From: an uncultured Candidatus Saccharibacteria bacterium
Lineage (GTDB): Bacteria > Patescibacteriota > Minisyncoccia > Phycocordibacterales > CAYSCM01
Reading direction: 5' to 3'
Assembly: GCA_964429815.1 (NCBI GenBank)
Contig: CAYSCM010000001.1
Coordinates: forward strand, 320,001 to 384,000
Length of the DNA stretch: 64,000 nt
In this document: positions 49,070 to 59,447 of the stretch, piece by piece
Position numbering within the stretch: the first letter of the stretch is position 1
Layout of the letters: every line of letters starts with the position of its first letter
The notes under the pieces: generated by a model
Databases searched by the model: none
What the model was told of the DNA's origin: nothing
What the model saw: the letters and a program-made list of their open reading frames with translations, nothing else
Translations under genes and position numbers: made by a program

Positions 49070-49868
49070 CGTAAAACGCTTTCAAAAGCTTGTGCTCGGA
49101 CATTTCCAAAAAGCCGGCCGCGACTTGCCCTGGCGGCGCACCCGCGACCCATACCGCATCCTCCTTTCCGAGATCATGCTCCAACAGACGCAAGTGGAGC
49201 GCGTCATACCCTTTTATGAGCGTTTCTTTGCCCGATTTCCTGACGTTACGTCACTTTCCCGGGCCAGTTTCGCTGAGGTATACGAGTATTGGAAAGGGCT
49301 TGGCTACAATCGTCGCGCCAAAGCGCTACGCGACCTCGCCGAGGTCATAGTGCGAGAGCATGGTGGGGCGTTTCCCTCGACCGCAAAAGCGCTCGAAGAG
49401 CTTCCTGGAGTCGGTCGCTATACCGCCGCCGCGGTCGCCGCGTTTGCGTTTAGCAAGAGAGTCATCCTCATCGAGACCAACATCCGCACGGTCTACCTCC
49501 ATCACTTTTTTTCGGGGAAGGGGAAAGTGGACGACAAAAGCATCGAGCCGCTCATCGAAAGAACTCTCCCCGACAGAGATTTCGCACGATGGTACGCCGC
49601 GCTCATGGACTATGGGGCACACTTAAAAAAGAACGGCGTTAAGCTCAACTCGAGGAGCCGCTCCTATGTCCGGCAAAAACCGTTTAAAAACTCGACACGA
49701 AAACTGCGCGGAGAAATACTGCGCCGTCTTTCGGAGAGCGAAGGGCAGATGGTGGAGAAACTTCGCCATGAACTTGGGGCAAAAGCGTACCTCTTTCGCC
49801 GTGAGCTGCAAAAGCTCAAGAGCGAAGGGCTCATCGTCCTTGAACGTGCCCACGTACAGCTTGCCTAG
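49044..49868 (+). CDS. MutY-family adenine DNA glycosylase (short; no Fe-S cluster loop, no NUDIX domain)
   Basis: 274 aa; LLSEIMLQQTQVERVIPFYERFFARFP and LPGVGRYTAAAVAAFAF (HhH-GPD). Confidence 0.7.
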   Translation: MNAAPTSRNVKRFQKLVLGHFQKAGRDLPWRRTRDPYRILLSEIMLQQTQVERVIPFYERFFARFPDVTSLSRASFAEVYEYWKGLGYNRRAKALRDLAEVIVREHGGAFPSTAKALEELPGVGRYTAAAVAAFAFSKRVILIETNIRTVYLHHFFSGKGKVDDKSIEPLIERTLPDRDFARWYAALMDYGAHLKKNGVKLNSRSRSYVRQKPFKNSTRKLRGEILRRLSESEGQMVEKLRHELGAKAYLFRRELQKLKSEGLIVLERAHVQLA

Positions 49869-51067
49869 CGCGTATCGCGGATGATAGAGGCAAAAAATAC
49901 GCCGCAGAAGGTAAGGATTCCAAAGACAAGAAAGAGGTAGCGAAGCGGCAGGAAAAAGAGAAGGACCGATCCGGTGAAAATGCCAAGGAGCGTCGCGGTC
50001 GGCTGTATCATGCGGAAAAGCGAAATAGCGTGGGCGCTGCGCCCGTCCACTTTTTTGAAAAAATAGGATTCGGTCGAGACCTCGACGAGCGCTCCGCCGA
50101 CATTCGTCAGGTAGAGAATGGAGCTCCACAGAAGGACGCTCGCGGCCTGTGAGTAGGAGATGGCAGCGACCCCGGCCCCAAGTATCACGAAGCCAAGGAT
50201 CATAAGCTCCTGCTCGCCGAGATAACGGTCCGCGATATGTCCGAGCGGTATTTCGAAAATGACGTAGGGTACCTGCGTTACGGCGAGAATGACGCCAAGC
50301 ACAGGCCAAGAAAATCCAAGATGCACGTGGAGGTAGATGGGAATGTAGACGACGGAGATGGCGTAGAAAAGACGGAGCATGAGTTGCGAGGAAAATACGC
50401 CGAAGAGGTCGCGGTTGCGTGCGAGAGAGCGGAGCGAGCGCAGGAGGTCTCGAATCCCGATGCCGACGTAGGGAGGGTCGACGAAGTTGCGGAAACGCAG
50501 CGCGATGACGACAAGAAAAGGTATGAGGAAGAAAACCGACACGAAGTAGACGCTTCTGAAATGTTCTTCGAGGCCGACGATCGCTCCCATGATAAAGGGC
50601 GCGATAACGAACGCGAGGTTCGCCAACCCGAGATAGAGGCCTCGCACGCCGCCGGTCACATCGTCCTCGCCGTCGCCAGGATGGCTGTAATTCTCGAGGA
50701 ATATATCCAGCGAAAAGAAAATAGCCGGCTCAAGTCCCAGAAGCAGTATGTCGAGCACAATTATAAGAAAAGGGCTCGTGACGGTAGCGAGCCCCAAGAG
50801 GATGCCCATTTGAAGGGCAGCGAAAATGACCAGCGAGCGATAATTGCCGAGCTTGCGGAGCACTTGTGAGGCGGCGATAAAAGTGAAGAGGGAGCAGAAA
50901 GCCGAGACGATGTAGACGACGCCGACGTAGCGCTCGCCGAGGAGGTTCCCTATGAAGTTGCTGTTGACATAGAGGACGAAGGTGAGCTGAAGGTAGGCTA
51001 TGAAGCCAGCAAGATAGAGCCAGCGGATTTTTCGCAGACGAAGGATGCGGAGTGCCGTGGTAGACAC
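49865..51067 (-). CDS. MFS transporter
   Basis: 400 aa; 12 TM. Confidence 0.75.
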   Translation of the reverse strand: MSTTALRILRLRKIRWLYLAGFIAYLQLTFVLYVNSNFIGNLLGERYVGVVYIVSAFCSLFTFIAASQVLRKLGNYRSLVIFAALQMGILLGLATVTSPFLIIVLDILLLGLEPAIFFSLDIFLENYSHPGDGEDDVTGGVRGLYLGLANLAFVIAPFIMGAIVGLEEHFRSVYFVSVFFLIPFLVVIALRFRNFVDPPYVGIGIRDLLRSLRSLARNRDLFGVFSSQLMLRLFYAISVVYIPIYLHVHLGFSWPVLGVILAVTQVPYVIFEIPLGHIADRYLGEQELMILGFVILGAGVAAISYSQAASVLLWSSILYLTNVGGALVEVSTESYFFKKVDGRSAHAISLFRMIQPTATLLGIFTGSVLLFFLPLRYLFLVFGILTFCGVFFASIIRDTR

Positions 51068-51088
51068 TCCACCAGTATATAGAGTTAC

Positions 51089-53029
51089 TTAGACCCCGAG
51101 AAGCACCGGAATGACGATAGGGCGCTTGTTGGTCTTTTGGAAGAGGAACATCTCGACCGCGTCGGTGAGACGATCTTTCACGTAGTCGAAATTGATGGGG
51201 TTTTGTCCGGCCGTTGAGTCCTCGACGCTCTTTTTGATGATGAGGCGCGCCTCGCCAAGGAGCTGCTGGCTCTCGCGCAGGTACACGAAGCCGCGCGATA
51301 TGATGTCCGGCGATTTGCGCAGTTTTCCCGTCTTGAGGTTTATGGTCGTAATGATGACGAACATTCCGTCCTGGGAGAGCGCTTTGCGGTCCCGGATGAC
51401 CACTTCCTGCATGTCCCCGATGGAAAAGCCGTCCACCATACGGATGTTGCTCGGAGCCTTTTCCTTGCGCACGCTGATGCGCGTGCCCTCCTCGCGTATC
51501 TCGACGATGGAGCCGTTATCGGGGATAACGATGTTCTCCTCTGGCGTCCCGACGGATTTCGCTATCTCGGCATGGACACGCAGCATGTAGTGGTATCCGT
51601 GGAGCGGCATGAAGAATTTTGCACCGATATGGCTGTGTATCCAGGCGGTCTCGTCGCGGTTGGCGTGACCGGAGGAGTGGACGTCGGAAACTTGGTAGTG
51701 GATTATTTTCGCGCCCTGGCGGGAGAGATTGTCCTTCAATTTCTGCACCGCGCGTTCGTTCCCCGGGATGATGGAAGAGGAGAGGATGATGGTGTCGTGC
51801 TTGCTGAGCTTCAAGTACTTGTGCTCCATCATCGCGGTGCGCATGAGCGCAGCGAAATCGTCTCCTTGAGCTCCGGTCGCGAGGATGAGGATTTTCTCTG
51901 GCGGGTACTCCCCCATCTCCTCAATGCCGATGAGCGTGCCCTTCTTAGTCTTGAGCATCCCCATCTGCTTTACGATCTCAACGTTGCTTTTCATGGAGCG
52001 CCCCTCGACGACGACCTTGCGGTCGTGCTTCTCCGCGAACTCGATGACTTTCATAATGCGCTCAAGCTGCGAGGAGAACGTACCAATGATGATACGTCCC
52101 TTGATGTCGCGAATGTACCCCTCGAGTGTATCGAAGACCTTGGTCTCGGGCACGGAATAGCCTGGTTTTTCAACGTTGGTCGAATCCGCCATGAGCATGA
52201 GGACCTTTTGACCTTTAAATATCGAGTACTCTTTTTCCTCTTTTTCGGATGGGACGCCGTCGATGTGATCGAGCTTAAGGTCGCCTGTGTGTACGATCCA
52301 TCCATAAGGGGTTTCGATGATAACCCCCATCGAGTCGGGAATGGTGTGTGTGACTGAAAAGAAGCGCACGGAGAGTCCGCCTATTTTTATGGTCTCCTCT
52401 TTCTCGACCTCGATGATGGTCGGCTTCCCGAGGTGCGCAAATTCTTCCTGGCGCTTCTTTATCATAAGCGTCGTCAACTTGCGCGAGTAGATGGGCGGGT
52501 TGCCTATTTTGTCGATGAGGTAGGGGATGCCGCCGATGTGGTCGAGGTGGCCGTGGGTCACGATGACCGCGCGTATCTTGTCCTTGCGGTCTTCGAGGTA
52601 TTTGGTGTTGGGGAGAATGAAATCGATGCCAGGGGTTTCCTCGATGCGGAACTGGAAGCCCATGTCGACAATGATAATGTCGGGACCAAACTCGATCGCG
52701 GTCATGTTGCGGCCGACTTCCTCGACGCCGCCGAGCGGAATGATGCGAACGACGCCCGATTCGATGGCGGGAATGTGGACTTCGGAGCCATTTCCGTTGC
52801 CGTTTTGCATCGCCTCTCCCACTTCTCGGGGCATGAAGCGCTGGTCACGACGCCTGCGTTCGCGGCCAGCTCCGCCACGGCGACCTCCGCGTCCCATCGG
52901 ACGGGCTCCGCGCGAGGTTCCGCCTGCTTCCGTGGCGCGGCCGCCCATCGGACGGCCGCCGCGGCGACGCGAAAAGCCACGGGAATGCCCTTCCTGTCGG
53001 TGTTGTGGTCGGTTTTGTTCGTTGTCCAT
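51089..53029 (-). CDS. rnj: ribonuclease J (metallo-beta-lactamase/beta-CASP) with Arg/Gly-rich N-terminal extension
   Basis: 646 aa; VVTHGHLDHIGG, beta-CASP and C-terminal domain; first about 95 aa RGG/RRR-rich low complexity. Confidence 0.9.
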   Translation of the reverse strand: MDNEQNRPQHRQEGHSRGFSRRRGGRPMGGRATEAGGTSRGARPMGRGGRRGGAGRERRRRDQRFMPREVGEAMQNGNGNGSEVHIPAIESGVVRIIPLGGVEEVGRNMTAIEFGPDIIIVDMGFQFRIEETPGIDFILPNTKYLEDRKDKIRAVIVTHGHLDHIGGIPYLIDKIGNPPIYSRKLTTLMIKKRQEEFAHLGKPTIIEVEKEETIKIGGLSVRFFSVTHTIPDSMGVIIETPYGWIVHTGDLKLDHIDGVPSEKEEKEYSIFKGQKVLMLMADSTNVEKPGYSVPETKVFDTLEGYIRDIKGRIIIGTFSSQLERIMKVIEFAEKHDRKVVVEGRSMKSNVEIVKQMGMLKTKKGTLIGIEEMGEYPPEKILILATGAQGDDFAALMRTAMMEHKYLKLSKHDTIILSSSIIPGNERAVQKLKDNLSRQGAKIIHYQVSDVHSSGHANRDETAWIHSHIGAKFFMPLHGYHYMLRVHAEIAKSVGTPEENIVIPDNGSIVEIREEGTRISVRKEKAPSNIRMVDGFSIGDMQEVVIRDRKALSQDGMFVIITTINLKTGKLRKSPDIISRGFVYLRESQQLLGEARLIIKKSVEDSTAGQNPINFDYVKDRLTDAVEMFLFQKTNKRPIVIPVLLGV

Positions 53030-53033
53030 GAAG

Positions 53034-54818
53034 TTAAATCGTAGGTGCTAAAAAGCTCCATACCTTATCCGTCGCCATGTACCAGCTCCGGACATCGGCG
53101 AAGCGCTCTGCGGGCGTTGTCACAAGGCCGAGCTCGATGCCCTTAAGCGACTTGGGCACGATGTAGATAAAGTCCGGCGAGTAAAGGAATATGGCCGGGG
53201 TTTCTCCCGAGACTATCGAAGCGAACTTGTCGTATGCATCCATGCGCGCGTTCGGCTGCGAAGAGCTTCGTGCGGTCTCGAGGAGTTTGTCGGCGTCTTT
53301 GTTGGTGTAGAGGGCGATATTAAGACCAGGGTCATTGCGCTGTGAGCTGTGCCAGAAAGCGAAGAGATCGAGCTCGCGCCCCACAATCTCGCCGAAAAGG
53401 AGCGCATCATAGTTGCGTGGACGTATCACGTTCTGGTTGAGGTCGCCCGTATCGAAAACCTTGAGCGTCACGTCCACACCGAGCGCTTCCCAGTCCTTTT
53501 TGAGGAGCTCCGCCGTCTGTTTGAGCTCCGGCGCAGAGGCGGTCGAGAGCGAAAAGGAAAGCTTCTCAAGGGTCTTTTTGTTCTTCTTTTTTTCATACAC
53601 TTTGTCGGTCTCGTTGTACGACCAGCCGTTGCGCTCAAGGATTGCTCGCGCGGAGGCGATGCGGGCTTCGGAGGACGTCGCGTCCCACGAGGAAGCGGGA
53701 AGGAGGTACGGCGGGAGCGGCGAGTCGATGACCTTGCCATAGCTTCCAAGCACGCTTTGCACGATCTGATCCTTGTCGATGGCGACGTCGAGAGCTTTGC
53801 GCACCTCGATGTGCGTGAATATCGACGCTTGATTCTGGTTGAAGAAGACCCCGAAGATGCGCGGCAGCGGGTATTTCAAAACGGTCTCACGGGAGGGAAT
53901 CGTCCCGAGTGTTTCCGGAGAAAGTCCCGCGGCCGCCTGCACGTCCCCGGAGGAAAGCGCGGAGGCGAGCTCGCCAACGCCGGAGTAGAAACGAACCGTG
54001 AGCTGTGCTATATGGGCGGTTCCGAGCGCCTCGTTTTCAAACGGCGCAAGCTCGTAGGAGGTCGGGATGCCCGAGGAGTTTTTTGAGATGGATGAGACAC
54101 GGTACGCCCCAGAGCCGATGGGGTTTACATTGTAATCGCTGAACGCGAATTGGTCGGCGGGGATGTTCTGCCAGATATGGGAGGGAAGTATCCCCATGGT
54201 CGTGTTCTCCAGAAACGGCGCGTAGGGGGCTTTTAGGTGGAAGGCCACCGTGCGCTCATCGATTTTTTCCACCGTGATGCCTTCCCAGTTGGCCCGCCGC
54301 GGGCTCTTTATCGTCGGGTCGAGCGCGCTGTTGACCGTGAAGACCACGTCATCGGAGGTCAAAGGCGTGCCGTCCTGGAAGACAAGGCCGGGTTTAAGGG
54401 TGAAAGTGTACGTCAGGCCGTCGGAGGAAATAGTATAGCCCTGCGCGAGGTCGGGAATGAGCGTGCCGGCAGGGGTCGGACGCAGAAGCCCCGCGTAGAC
54501 AAGCTCGGTCAGATCGCGGTCGGCGTCGGAGATAGCGAGTATGGGATTGATGAAACGAGCGGTACCTACGACCCCCTCGGTGAGGGAGCCTCCGCGGGCC
54601 GGTACCGAAACGAGAAGAGAGGCGTTTACTTCGTAGACGACAAAGAGTGCCGCGGCCGCGACGAAAAGCGAGAGCGCTCCGAAAAGGACACGCTCCGCCG
54701 GAGAAAGCCGCGATACCAAGGCGGAGAATCTCTGCATAAAGGATGGCCGTTTTGAGGCCGGGGGAGATGATTCTTCTTGAACGCCCGAATGAACGTTCGA
54801 TTGCTGCGGAAATTCCAT
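53034..54818 (-). CDS. ABC transporter substrate-binding protein, family 5 (oligopeptide/nickel-type)
   Basis: 594 aa; N-terminal TM anchor; SBP_bac_5 architecture. Confidence 0.8.
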   Translation of the reverse strand: MEFPQQSNVHSGVQEESSPPASKRPSFMQRFSALVSRLSPAERVLFGALSLFVAAAALFVVYEVNASLLVSVPARGGSLTEGVVGTARFINPILAISDADRDLTELVYAGLLRPTPAGTLIPDLAQGYTISSDGLTYTFTLKPGLVFQDGTPLTSDDVVFTVNSALDPTIKSPRRANWEGITVEKIDERTVAFHLKAPYAPFLENTTMGILPSHIWQNIPADQFAFSDYNVNPIGSGAYRVSSISKNSSGIPTSYELAPFENEALGTAHIAQLTVRFYSGVGELASALSSGDVQAAAGLSPETLGTIPSRETVLKYPLPRIFGVFFNQNQASIFTHIEVRKALDVAIDKDQIVQSVLGSYGKVIDSPLPPYLLPASSWDATSSEARIASARAILERNGWSYNETDKVYEKKKNKKTLEKLSFSLSTASAPELKQTAELLKKDWEALGVDVTLKVFDTGDLNQNVIRPRNYDALLFGEIVGRELDLFAFWHSSQRNDPGLNIALYTNKDADKLLETARSSSQPNARMDAYDKFASIVSGETPAIFLYSPDFIYIVPKSLKGIELGLVTTPAERFADVRSWYMATDKVWSFLAPTI

Positions 54819-54853
54819 ACGGTCCGGGGAAGAGCCCCGGGATTAGGCGTTAG

Positions 54854-55087
54854 TTAGCGAAGGATAAGTGCGGCAAATGCGGAGAGCGCGAACAGGGTGC
54901 CTAGCACAACAGAGCCCCAGAAGAGGTAGAGCTCGAGACCACGGCGCGTGTGGAACGCCGCCGAAAAATTGTCTCCGCCAAAGGCTCCCCCTAGAGAACT
55001 CCCCCGTCGTTGCAGAATGATCGCGGTGACGAGGAGGACGGCGAGGAGGACTTGGGCATACGGTAAAACGGACTTCAGCAAACCCAT
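54854..55087 (-). CDS. secG: preprotein translocase subunit SecG
   Basis: 77 aa; two TM with Gly-rich loop (SSLGGAFGGDNFSAAF). Confidence 0.6.
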   Translation of the reverse strand: MGLLKSVLPYAQVLLAVLLVTAIILQRRGSSLGGAFGGDNFSAAFHTRRGLELYLFWGSVVLGTLFALSAFAALILR

Positions 55088-55170
55088 GTGGGAGCTACTC
55101 TAGCAGACCCCGCTTTGGCGTGCAAGTATTTGGACTGCCTTTACATATTAGTGAACCTTGACTATCATGC

Positions 55171-55449
55171 ATGCCTCCAGCACAGGAGGTCCCCATGGCT
55201 ACATTGTCACGGACGGCCATAAAAAGAGAAAATCCCACTCCAAACAAAAAGAGAATCGAAATCGAAACCTTAACAGCGTGCGAATATCAGGACCGCCTCG
55301 TAAGGATCCTTACAGAACGTGTCAACGAGGGGTGGGAAATTGCGGCAGTAACTTTCTCTCACTTAGGAGAACCTGCAGGAGCGAACGGCTACGCGGTGGG
55401 TTTCAAGTGGAGGCACTTTTTTGTTGTTTTGAAGAGGGTCGGAGAGTAA
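55171..55449 (+). CDS. DUF4177-like small protein
   Basis: 92 aa. Confidence 0.45.
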   Translation: MPPAQEVPMATLSRTAIKRENPTPNKKRIEIETLTACEYQDRLVRILTERVNEGWEIAAVTFSHLGEPAGANGYAVGFKWRHFFVVLKRVGE

Positions 55450-55458
55450 TGTGCTGCG

Positions 55459-55488
55459 CCGCCCGGTCTCGGGCGGCTCTTTTTTTGG
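55459..55488 (+). terminator. intrinsic terminator
   Basis: gccgcccggtctcgggcggc + tcttttttt. Confidence 0.8.
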
Positions 55489-55490
55489 AA

Positions 55491-55518
55491 TTGACACGCT
55501 CTGAAACTTTTTTATACT
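55491..55518 (+). promoter_or_regulatory. sigma70-like promoter for groES-groEL (TTGACA-N16-TATACT)
   Basis: ttgaca at 55491-55496, tatact at 55513-55518; no CIRCE inverted repeat seen. Confidence 0.55.
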
Positions 55519-55542
55519 ACAGGCACTTTTATTTTTATTCCC

Positions 55543-55863
55543 ATGACATCAAAAAAAGTCTCTAAAGAGAACCTGATTCCGCTTGGTGATCGTGTGCTTG
55601 TAAGGCCGGTCGAAGAAACACAAAAAGAACGCAAGCTGCCCTCCGGTATCATTCTTCCCGAGAGCGTTTCTAAGGATAAGACGGACAAGGGGATCATCGT
55701 CGCGACGGGAGAAGGGCGTGTGACCGATGAGGGAAAGAAAATCCCGATGAAGGTGAAGGTGGGCCAGACGGTGCTTTTCCAGTGGGGCGATAAGTTCGAG
55801 ATAGGCGGCGTTGAGCACTACCTCGTCTCCGAGAGCAATATTTTAGCGGTCGTTAAGAAATAA
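55543..55863 (+). CDS. groES: co-chaperonin GroES
   Basis: 106 aa; LIPLGDRVLVRPVEE...GIILP. Confidence 0.95.
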   Translation: MTSKKVSKENLIPLGDRVLVRPVEETQKERKLPSGIILPESVSKDKTDKGIIVATGEGRVTDEGKKIPMKVKVGQTVLFQWGDKFEIGGVEHYLVSESNILAVVKK

Positions 55864-55866
55864 TCG

Positions 55867-57519
55867 ATGTCCAAGCAAATTCTTTTTGAAGACAAGGCTC
55901 GCCGCGCCGTAAAGGGCGGCATTGATAAGGCGGCGCAAGCCATCAAAATCACCCTCGGCCCCCGTGGGCGCAATGTCATTTTCGACAGGAGCTACGGCGG
56001 CCCGACCATCACCAACGACGGAGTCTCCATCGCCAAGGAGCTCTCCTTTAAAGACAAGTTCGAGAACATGGGCGCGGAGCTCGTGAAAGAGGTCGCCAAT
56101 AAGACCAACGATATGGCAGGGGATGGCACCACGACCTCGGTCGTTCTCTTTCAAGCCATTCTTGAAGAAGGTCTCAAGAACACGACCATGGGCGTGAATC
56201 CGATGGGGGTGCGCGCGGGCATCGAGAAAGCCTCAGCCCAAGCGGTAGATATCCTCAAGAAAATGGCGAAGAAAATTGCCGGGAAGGACGAGGTGAAGCA
56301 AGTCGCCACTATCTCTGCCGAATCGGCCGACATCGGGGTAAAGATTGCCGAGACCATCGATGAGGTCGGCAAAGACGGCGTCGTCACGGTCGAAGAGTCG
56401 CAGTCCTTCGGCATCGAGACCGAGGTTGTCGAGGGCATGGAGTTCGACAAAGGCTACATCAGTCACTATATGGTCACTAGCCCGGAGCGTATGGAAGCCG
56501 ATATGCGAGACCCCCTCATCCTCGTGACCGACAAGAAGGTAGCCTCCGTGCAGGAAATCCTCCCTGTCCTCGAGCAAGTCGCGCGAAGCGGCAAGAAAGA
56601 TCTCGTTATCATCGCCGACGACGTCGAAGGCGAGGCGCTTGCCACCTTTATTCTCAATAAACTGAAAGGCACGTTCAATGTACTCGCGGTCAAGGCTCCC
56701 GGCTACGGCGACCGTAAGAAAGAAATGCTCGGCGACATCGCGACCGTAGTCGGAGGGCAGGTCATCTCCGAGGAGACCGGCTCGAAGTTTGAGAGCGCGA
56801 CCCTCGACATGCTTGGGCGAGCCTCCCGCGTCATCGCGAGCAAGGATTCGACCAAAATCGTCGGCGGCAAGGGAAAGAAGGCCGACATCGACACGCGCGC
56901 GAAGAGCCTGCGCAAACAGCTCGAGAATACCGATTCCAAATTTGATAAAGAAAAGCTCGAAGAGCGCATTGCGAAACTCTCCGGCGGGGTCGCCATCATC
57001 CGCGTCGGTGCGGCTACCGAGACCGAAATGAAGTACCTCAAGCTCAAGATCGAGGATGCTGTGAACGCGACCAAGGCCGCCATCGCCGAGGGCGTCGTTG
57101 CCGGCGGCGGCGTGGCACTCCTCAAGGCGGCTATCGAGCTTGAAAAGTGGATAGAGGCCCAAAAGGGAAAGGCGACGCGTGACATCGAGGTCGGCTACGG
57201 CATTGTGCTGCGCGCGCTCGAAGTGCCCATTCGCCAGATCGCGCTCAATGCGGGGAAGGGCGATGGCTCCATCATTGTGGAGAAGATCAGAAACGGAAAA
57301 GGAAATATGGGCTACGACGCTCTTAAAGATGAGATGGTTCCCGACATGCTCGATGCGGGCATCATCGACCCGGTCAAGGTGACGCGCTCAGGCCTTCAGC
57401 ACGCAGCTTCTGCAGCGGCGATTCTCCTCACTACAGAAGCCGCTATTGCGGACGAACCAGAAGAGAAAAAGGATATGCCGGCTATGCCTCCCGGGGGAAT
57501 GGGCGGCATGGACTACTAA
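55867..57519 (+). CDS. groEL: chaperonin GroEL
   Basis: 550 aa; [12 protein letters not shown]-terminal GGM repeats. Confidence 0.97.
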   Translation: MSKQILFEDKARRAVKGGIDKAAQAIKITLGPRGRNVIFDRSYGGPTITNDGVSIAKELSFKDKFENMGAELVKEVANKTNDMAGDGTTTSVVLFQAILEEGLKNTTMGVNPMGVRAGIEKASAQAVDILKKMAKKIAGKDEVKQVATISAESADIGVKIAETIDEVGKDGVVTVEESQSFGIETEVVEGMEFDKGYISHYMVTSPERMEADMRDPLILVTDKKVASVQEILPVLEQVARSGKKDLVIIADDVEGEALATFILNKLKGTFNVLAVKAPGYGDRKKEMLGDIATVVGGQVISEETGSKFESATLDMLGRASRVIASKDSTKIVGGKGKKADIDTRAKSLRKQLENTDSKFDKEKLEERIAKLSGGVAIIRVGAATETEMKYLKLKIEDAVNATKAAIAEGVVAGGGVALLKAAIELEKWIEAQKGKATRDIEVGYGIVLRALEVPIRQIALNAGKGDGSIIVEKIRNGKGNMGYDALKDEMVPDMLDAGIIDPVKVTRSGLQHAASAAAILLTTEAAIADEPEEKKDMPAMPPGGMGGMDY

Positions 57520-57523
57520 AAAA

Positions 57524-57560
57524 CCGCGCCCTTTCCACAAGGGCGCGGTTTTTTTCTCTC
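57524..57560 (+). terminator. intrinsic terminator after groEL
   Basis: aaaaccgcgccctttccacaagggcgcggttttttt. Confidence 0.85.
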
Positions 57561-57571
57561 ATTGCGCCGAC

Positions 57572-58153
57572 ATGGAGTTAGACTATACTAGTACCACCAT
57601 GACCTACATCCTCATTGGCGTAGTCGTTATCGTGGTGCTCTGGACGATCTCTGCCTTTAACCGCTTTGTGACCCTGCGCAATCGCACGAGTGAGGCATGG
57701 GCGGATATCGATGTCCAGCTCAAGCGCCGCTACGACCTCATTCCCAACCTCGTTGAGACCGTGAAGGGCTACGCTGCGCATGAGAGCGGCCTCATCGAGC
57801 GGGTGACCCAGGCGCGCGCCAGCGCGATGCAGGCGGGCTCTACTGCCGATAAGGCGAAAGCGGAAAACGCACTCTCACAGACGCTCAAATCGCTCTTTGC
57901 AGTGGCGGAGAATTATCCGAACCTCAAGGCCAACGAAAATTTCCTCGAGCTCCAACGCGAACTCTCCGATACCGAGAACAAAATCCAGGCAGCGCGCCGC
58001 TTCTACAACACCAATGTGCGCGACCTCAACACGGCGCTTCAAGTTTTCCCGGGTAATCTCATAGGTCCTTCCTTCGGCTTCAAACCCGCGGAATACTTTG
58101 AACTCGGCGAGGCGGATGCCGCTGCTCGAGAGCCGGTCAAAGTTTCTTTCTAA
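57572..58153 (+). CDS. lemA: LemA-family protein
   Basis: Start after groEL terminator (ATG 57572, or 57599 MTYILIG); N-terminal TM plus LemA conserved NRFV...RRYDLIPNLVETVKGYA. Confidence 0.8.
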   Translation: MELDYTSTTMTYILIGVVVIVVLWTISAFNRFVTLRNRTSEAWADIDVQLKRRYDLIPNLVETVKGYAAHESGLIERVTQARASAMQAGSTADKAKAENALSQTLKSLFAVAENYPNLKANENFLELQRELSDTENKIQAARRFYNTNVRDLNTALQVFPGNLIGPSFGFKPAEYFELGEADAAAREPVKVSF

Positions 58154-58183
58154 AACCCTTTTTCGTTTTAGTTTAAAGCCACC

Positions 58184-59071
58184 ATGGCTTCTCTTTATAC
58201 TCATCAGGACGAAAATATTGCAAAGACTTGGCTGCTCGTCAGCGTTTTCTTCGCGCTCGTCGTGGGGCTTGGCTACATCATCTCGCTCTACTACCACAAT
58301 CCTTCCATTCTCGTGATCGCGGTTGTCGTCGCGGTCCTAATGAACATTTTTTCCTATTGGTATTCTGACAAAATAGTCATTTCTATGGCTGGTGCCCGGC
58401 CGGCGCCAGAGAGTGAATTTCCGCAGCTTCACCATGTGGTTGAGAACCTAGCTATTACCGCGGGGCTCCCAAAACCAAACATATACGTCATCAATGATCC
58501 TGCACCCAATGCGTTTGCAACAGGTCGCAATAAAAACCACGCTATCGTAGCGGTAACTTCTGGTCTCATCTCTCTCATGAATAGAAACGAGCTCGAGGGT
58601 GTTATCGCGCACGAGCTCTCGCACATAGGCAATCGCGACATGCTCGTCATGACGCTTGTCGTGGTACTCGCCGGTTTTGTCGCCATTATATCCGACATAT
58701 TTTTGCGCATGAGCTACTTTGGAGGAGGCAGGCGTGACGACCGAGGTGGCAACGTGCTGGCGATACTTGCTATCGTCGGCGCGATTCTCGCGCCGCTCGC
58801 AGCGACCCTTATACGCTTGGCTATCTCGCGCCGTCGAGAATTCCTTGCAGATGCCTCGGGCGCGCTGCTGACGCGCTACCCGGAAGGCCTCGCCTCGGCG
58901 CTTGAGAAGATAGGCTCCTACAACCGCCCGATGATTCGCGCCAACAATGCCACCGCCCACCTCTATATTAGTAACCCCTTTGGCGCCCGCATCGGACAGG
59001 GCATTGCACGCCTCTTTATGACCCACCCACCGATCGAGGAGCGCATCAAAGCGCTTCGCGATGAGGCATAA
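58184..59071 (+). CDS. htpX: protease HtpX (M48)
   Basis: 295 aa; HELSHIGNRD (HExxH), 4 TM. Confidence 0.9.
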   Translation: MASLYTHQDENIAKTWLLVSVFFALVVGLGYIISLYYHNPSILVIAVVVAVLMNIFSYWYSDKIVISMAGARPAPESEFPQLHHVVENLAITAGLPKPNIYVINDPAPNAFATGRNKNHAIVAVTSGLISLMNRNELEGVIAHELSHIGNRDMLVMTLVVVLAGFVAIISDIFLRMSYFGGGRRDDRGGNVLAILAIVGAILAPLAATLIRLAISRRREFLADASGALLTRYPEGLASALEKIGSYNRPMIRANNATAHLYISNPFGARIGQGIARLFMTHPPIEERIKALRDEA

Positions 59072-59073
59072 GA

Positions 59074-59430
59074 GTGCAGTTGCCTCCAAAGCGTCTCTAT
59101 GGCAGTATCGTGAGCGGACTTTTGAACACGGAGGAAAAGATGTCCAAGAGGGTTTTGATCGCTGCAAACGGCAAGGTCTCAGAAGCGCTCGCGCGGCATA
59201 TAAATAAGTCGCAGCGCACGATCGCGCACACGGCGGTGGTTGCAGAGCAGGCGCAAGGGTTCATCTCGCCAGCCGATGCGGTGACCGAAGGTTTCGGCGG
59301 CCATTTCGACGAAGCGCGCTTTCTCGCCACTCCGGCTCAAGGGAGCTTCTCCCGCGAGCCCAATCGGGGAAACAATAGCCGGCGTGGTCTCGCCTGGCAC
59401 CGCCGCCGCATCGGTGGCGATCCGATCTGA
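59074..59430 (+). CDS. hypothetical protein
   Basis: 118 aa; followed by strong terminator. Confidence 0.45.
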   Translation: MQLPPKRLYGSIVSGLLNTEEKMSKRVLIAANGKVSEALARHINKSQRTIAHTAVVAEQAQGFISPADAVTEGFGGHFDEARFLATPAQGSFSREPNRGNNSRRGLAWHRRRIGGDPI

Positions 59431-59447
59431 CAATCCTTACTCCACGA

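Noticed and set aside
56233-57185. 309-aa and 160-aa minus-strand ORFs
   Set aside because: Antisense inside groEL.
58448-59167. 239-aa minus-strand ORF
   Set aside because: Antisense to htpX, which has a clear HExxH and TM pattern.
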